From Caecitellus pseudoparvulus (lineage: Eukaryota > Protista > Bigyra: Bicosoecida), in the NCBI GenBank assembly GCA_965644315.1, contig CBFFRQ010000149.1, positions 48,941-112,940 of the forward strand: DNA of 64,000 nt. The letters are read 5' to 3'. Below are positions 44,167-56,683 of this stretch, in pieces. The notes below the pieces were generated by a model. That model was not told the origin of the DNA. It made no database searches and saw only the letters and a list, made by a program, of their open reading frames with translations. The translations under genes were made by a program, and so were the position numbers. The number at the start of each line of letters is the position of its first letter. Position 1 is the stretch's first letter.

Positions 44167-45216
44167 ATGGCAACCATTGATGATGCAGCCTGTATCAAGA
44201 CCCGATGGGAAGCCGCTTGCGAGGGAGAGGATGCAGATCAGCTGTGGCAGATGTTGCAGCAAGCCAGCGGCCACACTGCCACTTTCTTTGAGGCACTGGG
44301 CAGTTCAGACACAACAGCAGGGTTTCAGGTTGCGTGCCGAAAGGGGCATCTGGAATTGATGCGTGAGTTGCTGGGCCTGATTGGGACGTGGGCAGTCGAT
44401 GTGCACGCAGCGGATTGGGCTGGACCTGAGGCCGGCTTTCGAGATGCATGTGCCAATGGCCACACAGACATCGTGCGTGAATTGCTGGGCCTTGCTGGGG
44501 TGCGGGAGGTGGACGTACACGCGGCTGCTTGGGGAAGATCCGAGGCCGCATTCCGAACGGCATGCCGTCGAGGCCACCTCGGCATCATGCGTGAGTTGCT
44601 CGGCCTCACGGGGGCGCGGGAAGTAGATGTGCATGCAGCGGATGGGGAAGGACCTCACGCTTCTTTCCGATGGGCATGCGCCAATGGACACACACTCATA
44701 TTACGAGAGTTGCTGGGCCTCACTGGGGTGCGGGAGGTGGATGTACATGCGAGGGATGGGGGTGGACCTGAGGCTGCCTTCCGATTGGCATGCCGGTATG
44801 GACGTGCAGACATCGTGCGTGAGCTGTTGGGCCTCACTGGGGCGCGGGAGGTTGATGTGCATGTGGCAGATGCCGTTGGACCTGATGCTGCATTTCGACA
44901 GGCATGCGCTAGTGGCCACACAGGCATCGTGCGTGAGCTGCTGGGTCTGACTGGGTCGCGGGAGGTGGATGTGCATGCGGCGGATGGGGTTGGGCCTGAG
45001 GCCGCCTTCCGATGTGCATGCGACAGTGGCCACATAGACATCGTGCGTGAGCTCCTGGCACTCACAGGTCACCGAGCCATCCCAGTTCAAGTCTGGCGAG
45101 GAAAAGGGAAGTCTACCTCGCAAGCTGCGCGTCATGCGGTGTGGGCTGGCACCAGCACACGGCATGGGCGGCGAGACATGCTCTTGCTGAGATCTTGTGG
45201 CGCAGAGCAAGCATGA
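44167..45216 (+). CDS. Ankyrin-repeat protein, dispersed paralog with regular 40-aa (120-bp) repeats
   Basis: MATIDDAACIKTRWEAACEGED...; seven units of GPEAAFR.AC..GH.DIVRELLGLTG.REVDVHA; C-terminal AARHAVWAGTSTRHGRRDMLLLR. Confidence 0.85.
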   Translation: MATIDDAACIKTRWEAACEGEDADQLWQMLQQASGHTATFFEALGSSDTTAGFQVACRKGHLELMRELLGLIGTWAVDVHAADWAGPEAGFRDACANGHTDIVRELLGLAGVREVDVHAAAWGRSEAAFRTACRRGHLGIMRELLGLTGAREVDVHAADGEGPHASFRWACANGHTLILRELLGLTGVREVDVHARDGGGPEAAFRLACRYGRADIVRELLGLTGAREVDVHVADAVGPDAAFRQACASGHTGIVRELLGLTGSREVDVHAADGVGPEAAFRCACDSGHIDIVRELLALTGHRAIPVQVWRGKGKSTSQAARHAVWAGTSTRHGRRDMLLLRSCGAEQA

Positions 45217-45340
45217 TGAAGATGCCCCAATGCATTGAGCGTGGCTTGCGCGGTGCCAACTGCAAAGACCGGGAGCCGGTGAATTGATAGAACACACGCA
45301 AGCAGCAACACACATACACTTGCTAAACACGACATGAGGT

Positions 45341-48300
45341 TCACGCTTGGGATCTCTTCGGTTTGGTTGACTTGCGAAAGATCTTGGGGACTGCTGCCAC
45401 GGACTTGGCCCGCTGTTTTATCTTGTCTGCCTGAGTTTTGATACCGAGTTCTTTGAGGGCAATGGAGCTCCAGACCTTGTAGATGACAGCAAACAGTAGC
45501 TCCACCACGACGGTAGGCATGATGCCAACCGTAAAGAGCAGCACAACCGCTGCGAACTCGACGTACAAGTCTGTGCCAGAGATGGATGTGATGAGCGAGC
45601 CGAAGACAGCAAAAAACAAGAAGGCATTCATGAGGATAGAGATTTGGTTGTATGAAAGCGCCATACGGATGTACCCCGAACAAAAAAGACGGGCGCCCGT
45701 GCGCAGGCAGCCAATGGCTGAGCGCTTCCATTGGCCCAGAGCATCAATGAGCGTCAAGGTATCGGACGGGCGGCTGGCAGAAAGCGCCTTTTCAAAGCAT
45801 GGTAGGCTGTCCACGCCCTCTTCTTCCATGATTTCTTTGATTTGATCTTTGGTGAACTTTTGCCGCCGCCCACACGACTTGAAGGCAGCCCAGTGAAACT
45901 TGTGCTCCAGAGCGACATCCACTGCCACGGCTGGGTCAACTGCGCAATACTTGAGAAAGCGTGTCGGCCAGGAGTTGTCCTTGCTCTCCATTCCTCTCTG
46001 AACTTGTCGCCGCGCCAACTTCATGGTTCTCTTTGCCTTCTTGATGTTGGAGCTACTTTGTTTCTTCAGTGGGCCGGGTTGCGTTTTCCCACGAGCCTTG
46101 AGCCCAGCTTCTGTGCCAGGCACAGTCTGTTCAGACCCAGACGCGTGATGAGAAGTCTTTGACACAGAGGGAGCTTGTTTGGACGACGAAACTGCTGTGA
46201 ATGGCGCGACGGCCTTTGCAGCAGCTGTGGGGGCCGAGCCTCCCTTGTCAAGAAGCGGCGGGTATGGCCGAGGTGGTGGAGATGGCGACCTGGATAGCGG
46301 TGATCTCCTGCCAGGCGGGGCACTTGGTGGTGATTTGGGCCTCGGGGGTGGCGGAGGTGGGCTGGAAGCCTTCGCAGGAGCTGGTTCAGTTGCATCGTCG
46401 CTGCCCGTAGAAACATGCGCTCCTGAACATGCTTCCAATTCGTCCAAGTCCACCGGCAAGGGTTGTGGATGTTGTGTGGTGGTTTGCATCAGCGGTGGTG
46501 TTCTTGCTGCGGTGCCCACTTGAGTTGCTGGTGCTTTCAAAAGGACCTTGGCATGTGTGGGGCGGAAGCTGCTTCGACTTGAGGCTGAGCTGTCGGAGAG
46601 GTCTGAGCTCGAGCCAGAGCCGAAAAACCCTCCAGGCTCTGAATCGCTGCTGCTGCTTCTGTCGGTGCTGCTTTCTGTGTCCGCTTGCTTGGAGAAGCGC
46701 ATTGGGAGCTCGTGCGAGGACGATGGCGCGACAAAACCTGCACCTGTTGACTCAAGTCTCGATTCACGACTGATGGTCGACTCAGTCGAAAGCGACTGGG
46801 ATCCTGACAAAACTGGCGATCTCTTGATTGGCAATTCTGCTTCCGAATGCTGTGAGGAAACGCTTCGAGCTGCTGCTGATGAAGGAAGATGCGATGATGA
46901 CCTCGTGAGCTTGTGCGCTCCAGCTGTAGCTTCTTCACCCTTGGGTGCTCTTGATCCTCTATGGCGTCGCCTTGTGGTTGCAAGGATGGCAGATGGGCTG
47001 AAAAAGGACGCAGCAGCGAGAGCCGAACCCGAGGTGTGGAGGCATGAGGCAGTGCGCGGTGCATGCAGGGGGTTCTCAGCCACTATTGATCGTTCCCATC
47101 CGACACCCTGTGCAGCTGCCTTTGCACTTGGGCTTGCCTCAGAGTAGCGCTTTCGTCTCAACCGTTCGGCGGACATCATTGCTTCCCTCGCGGAGGCCAG
47201 CTTTGGCGTGGCACCGCCCAGGTTCTGACGAGCCAGTAGCAACGGATTACTTGTGTTCTGTGTGTCCGATCCTTCTGCGGCACTACACAAGCTCTCAGCA
47301 AGCGAATCAGGGATAAGATGGTCGTCCTCGAGGCCGGCTCGTTGCTCACGCATCGACTGACGTTTCCGGATGCAGGGTGCTGAGACGCTTTGTCTTCCAC
47401 CCTGACTGGAACGGGAAATGCTTGCACGCGCGCGAGCACTTCTGCCAAAGGCAGCAAGTGGGTTGACTCGGAACAGGGGATCCTCGTCCGGGCATCGCGA
47501 TCCGGAGTCAGCAGACTTGGGTGCTTGATCTCCCCCACCCAGACCCAAGGCCTTTCCGACAACGGACAACCCAAAGACAAACTTATGAGAAGGTGACTTC
47601 GATTCAACAGCCTGAGTTTCGTCAGGGAGCATCCCCTCCTCATGCCGCTTGGTTTTGCCTCGGTCAAGCACAGAAGTGCTGCAAGATGCAGTCTGGTGCA
47701 CAGCGGGCGCTGAAGCACCGCGCTTTGAATCAGTGCCTGGAACATGCAGCTCACTTGACAAAACTGCAGCTTTCGGCCCAATCTGCCTTTGCCGACTTTC
47801 TTCACGTTTGGAGTTGTAAACTTCCCTTGCGCCACTTCGCGCGCCCTTGGACGCCATACCGCCGGGGAAAGCTTTCGGCATTGCGATGCTCGTTCGCTTG
47901 AGAAGCGAATTACAGGACGCATCCTGGTGTTTGAGCCTGGCTGTGTGAAGGGGGTTTTGAAGGTGCACTTGAGGCGGCAGTTCACGGTGCAATTTGCGTG
48001 GCGGGGGTTGGAGCTTGGGTTGGGTCGGTGTGCCTCCAGGTAGCCCCGCCAGAGGCTGCTGCAACTCGTGCACAAGAGGCGTACCTTGATCCTCTGCGCT
48101 GGCAGACTGCTGCTTTCTAAGAGCTTGCGTTGAGTGAGGCCTCAAGGACCGCCTCCTGTACGTGCTTCTCCTTCGGGGTCTCTGAGTCACCTCAGTCTCT
48201 CCTTCGGACGAGCAGCTATCGTCACCCTTGGATTGGGCATTACACCCTTGCAAGAACTCAGTGCTTTTCTGAAGTTCTTTGGAAGCTTCTTTCACGCGCG

Positions 48301-51300
48301 CTGCAAGTTTTTTCTTCGGCTTGTCACCAAAACGCCCGGACTTCACGGCCCGTACCCAGTTCAAAGAGACACTCACATCGCCATGTGGCCGCACCAAGGC
48401 CAGCAGGAATGCATAGAAAGAAAGGGCAAGGCAGAGGAGCAGCGCTGAAAACGTCGGTCGGTCCCTGAACACAGTCGCTAGCGCTGCGACTGCCATGCGC
48501 TGCGCAAAGTGCAGAACGGCCCAAAAGTACATGGAACGGGTGTACGGCTTGTACAGCTTGCCAATCAGAGTGTGGACGAAAGCTGCGTACTTGTGCAACT
48601 TGAGCAGTGCCAAACTGTGAGTATTTTCTTCTTCAGAGTTCTTTGCTTTGTCTTTAGTACGGGTTTTGCCCAGCTGCTCGTCAGTCGGCTCTTCAATGGT
48701 GTGTGGCTTCCCGCTGCTGATCTTCTCAATGTTCAGTTTCACTGCTTGCCGGTTCCACACGAGAACGCAAAAGAAAAGTACTGGCACCCCAACACCGTAC
48801 CCGAATAAAGACGCATATGCGAGCGCTGTGAGCTGCTCGTACTCCTCCCCGAAGCAGTCCACGCTCACGTCTGCACTCAGCACACGCTTGCCGCCAAGTG
48901 GAATGCAGGAGAACACCTCCAGTGCAGATGATACAATGCCGACGTACATGAATGAGATGATGCTGACTGAGAACTCCAGGAACTTTCGCAAGGCTTCCGA
49001 GCTCTTTGCTGTAGAGTCCCGCTTGAACAAGTGGACCAGCCAAGGTAGCCCCGTGGCCAGAGCCATAAACCCAATCAAAATGAAAGGAGTCAGCTGGTAC
49101 ATCCTCCATGAATCAAAGAAAGTCAGTCGGTAGCCCGACTCCATGAGGGCACAGGGCAAGTTGATGCTGGAGATGTCTAGCTGGAGCGTGCTGCCTATGG
49201 ACCCGGCAGTCTGAGCACCAGACCCCCACCGCATTCTGAGCTTGACCGCTTGACTGAGCAGCTGCAGAGAAGAAACTGCCATGCCAAAGCCGATGAGGGA
49301 GGGGGCGTGTCTAAGGAACTCGAAAGTAATCGCTAGGAAGGGCAGAGCCACTACGCAAAAGAGAACAATCAGCAAGGGATGCACGGCTGGTGCGTCACAA
49401 GGAGCACAAACCCTGGTTGCCCCAGGCTGCCGGCTGCTATTCTCGTCACAAAGCTGGCAGGCAACACCAGTGTAGCCTTCAGCGCACGTGTTGTTGCCAA
49501 GACATGCTTCTGCTGGCACACAAGGCGTCAGCAGGAAACGGGAGGCAGAGGTAAAATTGGCGCTGGAGGCGTTGAACCTCGGGCTCGCCAGGCGCCGGGA
49601 AAAGGTAGACGACAGCTCACCCACGATTGAGCTGGCCGAATCTTCAGCGCCAGCGAGGAAGGATTCCAGTGGGGTGCTGTCCAAGTGAGCCCAGTTGTCA
49701 GAAAGGGCCGTGGTGAGGTCGTGTTGCCAGAACCCTGGCCGCGACACGGGCGGCGCCGTGCCTCCGCCACACTCTGTCGGAGCTTCCGCCCCTGCTGGGC
49801 AGTCATCTGTGGCGCACCTTGGGCAGGGCAGGCAAATGTCAGTGTCTTCCAGCATGGCGAAGTAGCCAGTGTCACAGATGGCGCGAATGCCGGACTGCTG
49901 CGCTGTCAAGGTTGTCGTTTGGCCTGCGACGGCGACCTTCACGCCCTTGCGGCCGATCACCATGCCGTCGAGCTGGCACTGCAGCTCAGAGTCGCTGCTC
50001 CAGACGGTGCGGGCGCCGACCCTGCGCTGGCAGAGTACTCCTCCGATGGAGACTGCTTCGTCCTCAGGGGAAGGCTCGAACAGGCCAAAGTTCCAGCCGT
50101 GCAGCACCACAACTCCACCACGAGCATCGACAAACAAGTCCTCCACCCGCTGTGACGACCCCAGCACAACTTGATTCAGCTGTGTGCCGAGTATTTCAAT
50201 TCCTGGGCTGTTCGAACGCACGAACTGCACCGTCGGGCCTTCCAAAGTTGTGAAGTTGCTGTCTTGACTGTTGTGTCGCTGCTGCCCCAAGGCATGTAGC
50301 CGAGATGGCTGGCCGCCAGTGGCGACGAATTGCAGCAGAGCGATCACAGGCGGGTCATACGAAAAAACGACACCGTTGGACTCATCCCCGAGAATCGATA
50401 CATGCAGGGTCAGGTTGGCGCCAGATCCAGGTGGCGTGCGCACCAGCAGCTCGTCGTGTGTGTGGTGAACAATGTCCCCCGAGTCGATGAGCGCATTTCC
50501 CAGGTGCACCTGGGGAGCAACGAGTGAGGGGATTCCGAATGACGATCCAATAATGCGTACAAGGTCTCCCCCCACTGTCCGAGAGTGCGTAGGCCATGGC
50601 ACTTCATACGGCCGGCGTGCCCCAGCGTACTCGAGCTGGAAAATGGACGGCGCTGCATACTCGTACGCTCTGCTCGCAATGACGCTGGAGAATTCGCTCA
50701 GTCCCTCGGCTTGTCCTGCCGTGAGTCGGTCATGCACGTAGACTGTAATAGCGACGTCTTTCAGGCCATGCGGAGGCAGGCACTCGATGAGCGTGTCATT
50801 CCATGACAAAATTGCACACTGCTGCCCCCCAATGAGAACGGCATTCTCGTAGGATTCGCTTGGGCTGATGCACAAGGTGGCATTCAGAGGGCAAGTTCGG
50901 ACTGCTGCCACACCACGGGATTCGCGGCTGGTGGACCAAGTGGACTTGGCCCGCAGCAGCCCCGGGCCAAAGTTGTCACCGTGGATCCGCACCCAGTGAC
51001 TCGCATTCGTGACAACACTGCGATCGTAGTCCCAAGCACCCGAGCTTGTCGACTGGAAGCCCTCCACGTTGGTAATTGTGGGCTGCATGTATCTAAGAAC
51101 GGAAGCAGGGTATGCGAGTTCAGGAGCGCCTGGCAAGTACGGCCTGAGCTCGAAGCGGCCCTGGCCTGGAAGTGTCGCAAACGTAATGCTCGTGTCGGTC
51201 CAGTTCACTATCTGGCCATCTGGCATGTCGTTCCAGACGAGGCCTCCTGATACATCCCTCTCGCCTGTGCGCACTTGCAGTCGGCCTTGGACAATGCCAA

Positions 51301-54300
51301 AGTAGCGCCCCTGCAAAGTGACAAGGCTGCCGCCCTGGGTCGAAATGCTATCCTTGCCGAGCACTTGCGAGACTTCAGGAACACGAAGGAGCTCTTGGTA
51401 ATGGAACGGTGCACTTGCCACTTGGTACGCCACAGACACCCACAGCGTGCTCGGGATGGAGATGGACTCCTCAGTGTACCCACGCAAGGTGCACTCGATG
51501 CGGGTGTCGCCAAGGAAAACGGTGGGATCCACACAAGGACTAACGGGCCCGCTCCCTGCGTCGGCTTGCAGCCATACAACTGTCGCATTGTCGCCAGACA
51601 CTTCGCAGCGGCAGGAGCTGGACCCTTGCGATGCCCCGCTCAAGCAGCACGCGCCAAAGTTGCTCCCAGTCACTTGAATCGTCATCTCGGCCGTTGTGCC
51701 ACTCCCAGCCAGAACAAGGACGGTGCTGATGGTTGGAGGCTGGTAGTCAAAAGCTGCGAGGCCCGTCTCCTGGCCCCCAACCTCGAGGAACAGGGGTATG
51801 CCCTGTCCATTCCCTGGGGGGGCGACAAACGTCTGCTCAGCGTGTGCCCCGGAAGTGGAGATGGGCTCAGGAAAGACAGACGCATTCCCGACGATCAAGA
51901 TGGGTTGGAAATCTTCAGGTCCGAAGTTTTTGCCGAGCACGGTGACAGTGACGCCTCCGAAAGTTGGGACGGGGTCCCCAATGCCCCCGCCTGCTGGTCG
52001 AATGCCATGAATGATGGGAGGTGCGTATGAGACAGTATCTTGGGATGGCAAAGACACTTCGCCCCCCATTTGTGTCACCACATGATGAGCTGTCCCCACG
52101 CCTTCTGCAAGTCTACAGAGCAAGGCCCCAGCTTGAGGACCCGGACGGCAGCCGGGCGACTCCAGCTCGCCGCCTTCAATCGGCTCGCCCACGTCGTCCA
52201 GTCGCCCGTATCGCACCCAGCCAAAGGAACCTTTTTCGGCAGTCAACCCGCTCCCGAATACGAGCATGCTCACGCCAGTTGCGTTGGTGGGGGCTGCATC
52301 CACAGGTGCCATGGTGCTGTCGAGCACGAGGGAGACATTGAACAAAGAGGGCTGTGAGTACGCAGAGGTAGGGATGGAGCTCCACTGACCACCCACACGA
52401 ACGCGCCACAGCAGGTCACCCCCTGATCCCACTGAGGTCAGGCACCTGATCTCGAAGTGAGGTACTGAAACGCTGCAGTTTTGTGCTTCCAGGGCGTCTC
52501 CGTACACGACATCCCCTGCACTCAGGGGCAGCGTCCCGAAATTCACACCACTGATGAAGACTTCTTGGCCGCCAAGGCTGCTCGCATCTTGTGCGCCCTC
52601 CCCAGCCAAAGCAAGGACGGAGGGCGGAGCGTAATTGAAACTGGGCAAGTCTGAGTGGACTTCCACGCCGTTGACGAACACGCTCCAGTTGAAGCCTGTC
52701 CCTTGCCCGGGAACTGATACACACTGGATCTCAACAAACGCCTCAGACACTCTGCAGTCAGCGGCGATGTGGTGTTCTATGCCGTTCGAGTATGACACAG
52801 TCACGTTGGCTGATGCGCCGGGTAAGAACGGAGGCAGTGGTGGGAGGTTTCGTCCACGAAATACAAGGGCCTCTCCTCCTGCTGTGCTGAGGCCAGAGAG
52901 TTGTGGGAAGGAGACCGAGTCAATCACTCTCGTGTCGTTGATGTCCACAACAGATACGTCAACGGTGTGGTGGACAGTGTGCGGGCCGCACCCAGACTTT
53001 TCAACGTATGCATCTCCAATCGTGTCCAACAGCACTGCGGTGTCCGTGACAGCGACGGTCAACTGGAAAGACGTCGCCGGGAGCAGCAACTCTGCATCCA
53101 GGCAGTCCCTGGGCAGCGTCAGGTTGGCGGACCGCGCATACTCCCCGGCACTGCAGCCTGCGACCGGCAGCGCGCCGCTGGGTGCGGGCTCACAAATGGG
53201 AACTGCCTCGAAAAACTCGGCAAAGGGGGGTTCGACTTGAAAGGTGAGGTGCTGGTACATGTCCAGGTCTGTCGCGCGGAGAACCCCCAGCACGTGGCCT
53301 GCAGGAGCTCGCTCAGCGACAGAGAAGGAGGCTGGCTCGATCAGGGCTGGGGCCTCGTTCACATCCTGCACCACAACCCACAGGTGCACGACCGTGAACA
53401 GCTCCGGAAAGTCCAAGTTGCTCAGCAAGAGTACACATTCGTACACGCCGGGAGGCGTGTGGCCGTGTAGGGGCTGCACGAGAACAGTCGGAGCTGGTCC
53501 GCTGCCCACAGCAGGATTCAGCGGGCTGGCCTCGGATAGGGTAAATGTAGTGGATAGCGGGAGGTCTCCTGGTCTCACGTTCCAGGCCCGCGGGTCGGTC
53601 CCGTTCACATCCCTCAGGGAAATGGCCACCAAGCTGCCCTCCGCTTGCGTCACCTGAACGCTTGAAGCCAAAATAGGCTCCCCTGCCGGATGGCTGGACG
53701 TCATTTGCAAAATGTGCCGTGTAGCTTGCGCTTGGGGCGCCTCTGGGCTGTTGAGAATGAACACTGTTCCCATTGCTGTGCTTGTGAGGTTGCTGGGGTC
53801 GGTCACACGGACTTGGAAGCTGACGACTGTCGCGCTCTCAAAGTCCAGCAGCGGCCCCAAGAACTTGTCCGGTCTGACCAGCGTCACAATTCCATGCACT
53901 GGATCAATGTGCAGTCGGTCGAAATACTCCGGGTGCGCCATAGAGGCCTGGGAAATGGCATATGTGCACTGACCCTCGCAGTCCGGCCCAGTGCCACTCT
54001 CAGGGTCAAAGGTGTTGAAGTCCAGCAGCACAGTGCTATCCGAAGCATTTTCTGGAACTCGCATAGACTCAGCATGAATGATTGGCGGCTCAGGCCCGTC
54101 CAAAGTGTGTACCTGGACGCTGGTGGCGGCCCGCAGGCCTGTCACATCCTGCACTTCGATGCCAAGCGTCACGTTGGGGATGGTCTCAAAGTCCAGCACG
54201 CCAGTGACGAAGATGAGACCGGAGTCAGGGTACACGTCAAACACCCTTGTGGCCTCCACGGGGTCGACAGAGACCAGAGAGTAGTTGCAGTGGTGGTGCC

Positions 54301-56683
54301 CAGTCAGCCCACAGTCGCCCCCCAGCACAACGTTAGGGTCCTCGGCATCAACATCAAGCAGCACCAGCCCTGGGAAGTCTACCTCTGTTCCTTCCGACAC
54401 AGAGACTGAGTATTCTGGGGAGGTAAAAGTAGGTGGGAGTGGTGTAGGGTCAATCCACAACTGCAGTGTGCTCTGCCCTGTCAAGGAACCTGGCCCCGGC
54501 TCCTGCACTTCGGCAGTTACGGTCAGATTGAAGTTGCCAGGCGCGCTCTGTGTGAAGTCGCGTGCCACTCAGATCGTAGCTGGAGGTGGAAGGAATGTAG
54601 CGTTCTGTGTGCAGGAACTGGTAAACTGCGACTGCAAGTCGAGCGTGGTGATGGGCGCACTGCCGCTTGTAAACAGCAGCCCTGTCGCGGGATTCATCGA
54701 GAACCAATCACACATTCCGTGGCGTGTGGCGGTGCCTGTCTCAGTGCAGTTCGAGATGGAAAACGTGCAAGCCCCTGCGCAATCCACGCCCGGCGTCTCA
54801 GGATCGCGGCCAGTGAAGTCAGCAACGGAAGCAGGCACAGCCTCATCGACCCGCAAAGGGCCCGATACAGGCTCCAAGAAGGGTGGCTCGTTGATGTTTG
54901 TCACAGAAATATTTACAGTTGTCTGCACCACTTGCACGGCTGGGTTCGTGTGCCGCGCTGCCACCTGCACGAGTACCTCCGATAGCACTTCGTAATCCAA
55001 CGGGTGCCCGGCCAAGATGGTTAAGTTCCCGCCCGTGCTCAAGCCAATGGAGGCGTTGGCAGCAGGGGGGGAAACGGAGACCAGCTCCAGTGCGCATGAC
55101 ACACCAGGTGCACCACATGCGTACCCGTACAAGCTGTCTGCATCTGCGGAAGGGATGGTTCCCACGGCCCCCACAGCATTCTCTGGAAACGGGAAGATAA
55201 CCTCAAGATCAGCAGGCAGCACGGCAGGCTCGTCAACGTTGCGAAGCTGCACGTCAAGGTTGACCACCTGGCTCAGCCCAATCGTGGAGGCCACACGGAC
55301 CCGCACAGTTCCCAGGCGGCTCTGGCTGCCCCCGACAAAGGGCACTGCTTCAAAGTCCAGCAAAGTGTTGTTCGCCACGAGGACGGCGCCAGTGATGTTG
55401 ACCTCCATGGACCCCGCCACGTGTGTGTGGGAGAAGTTGCCAACAGGCAGCAGGGTCGCGTTGCAGCGGCCACAACAAGGAAGAAGAGCCCCCCCCCCGC
55501 TGCTGTAGGATGCCACTTGCTCCACGAAAGTGCCAACAGGCGCCAGCTCGTTGACTTCAGCGAACATGGACGCTTCTGGAAGCTCGGCAGGGACCACCTG
55601 AATGTCAACGGCCAGTGTGTCGCAGACGTCGGCCACGTTGCAACGAGGCACAACGAATGCTGTGACAACCGGCGTGCCAACGGCATCCCATGGCGAAGCA
55701 CACTCAGGCCCTGCTACAGTGCTCAGGAGCCCTGTCTCTGGCTCCAGCTGCAGCCAGCTGGCAAAGGCAGCCGGCTGCACGTCCACTATCTCGACATTAC
55801 AGTCGTCCCAGAACTCCTGCGCCGTGCCTGGGGTGCCGAACTCGTCAATAAAGTTGCCTTGCACCACTCCAACTTGCACACTGTCCGCTTCTCCAGCCCT
55901 TACATTTGAAGCGCTGACAAGGGTCAGGCTCACGGAGGGGCTGGCGACTTCAACGGAAATGGTCGCGTTCAACGGACTGGTGTCTGGCCCACACGAGTCG
56001 CAGGTAGCACCAAGCAGCACATGCACTTGAGGGTGCTCGGCCTCTACCCAAGGGCTGTCGCATTGCCCTGACGTTGCCCCGGCAGTGGCCACAGTGGACA
56101 GCACTCCTGAGCTGGCGTTGACCTGCACACGAGTCTGGAAGCTCGGCGGCTCCGTGGACAGCACAGAGAAGGTACACGCCGAGTTGGAGTTCCAGATGGT
56201 CGCAGAGACACTGCCAAAAGAGATTGCTCTGCGGGTGCCATCTGGAATGATCAGCGCGCTCGTGCTCAGTGTCGTCGGGAAGGGCGGAGCATTCACTGAA
56301 ACGGAAGTTGACGTTGTGGTTTCGTCCAAGGGGCAGGAGTAGCACTCCACCGACACATCCACCAGCACAGGGGAGGCGTCCGATACCCAAGGGCTGCCAC
56401 AATTCCCTTCGCAGCAGCCAGGGCTGGAGGCGACAGTTGACAAGTTGCCACTGAATCGGCCGATGGTCAGAAACGCTGCCATGCTCGGCGGCTGCACATC
56501 CTCCAGAGAATACCTGCACAGGCCTGCGCCTGCTCCCGGAGACAGAGTCCCCAAGGTGATTGCGTCAGATGATGCATATGGCACAGAGAAGCCCACGTGA
56601 GAGGTATGCGTTGTCGAGGGGCAGCTTCCCTCCACGCCCAGCGGAACTGTCAGAAGTGCAAGAAGAAGGAGTACAGCGCCCAC
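45341..56683 (-). CDS. Giant cadherin-repeat + IPT/TIG + Cys-rich + multi-pass TM surface protein (~3780 codons) with an in-frame TGA at 54569-54571
   Basis: Signal peptide MGAVLLLLALLTVPLGVEG; cadherin motifs LDFE/LDYE, DVNEAP, NINEPP; many IPT repeats; CxxGYTGVACxxC; multi-TM region. The 704-aa and 3075-aa ORFs abut in the same frame. Confidence 0.85.

Noticed and set aside
44340-45080. Regular 120-bp repeats as a CRISPR-like array
   Set aside because: They are in-frame coding ankyrin units with no repeat-spacer structure or cas genes.
54569-54571. Genome-wide TGA reassignment or selenocysteine
   Set aside because: TGA terminates many genes in the window, TGG is used for Trp, and the context is not redox-like.
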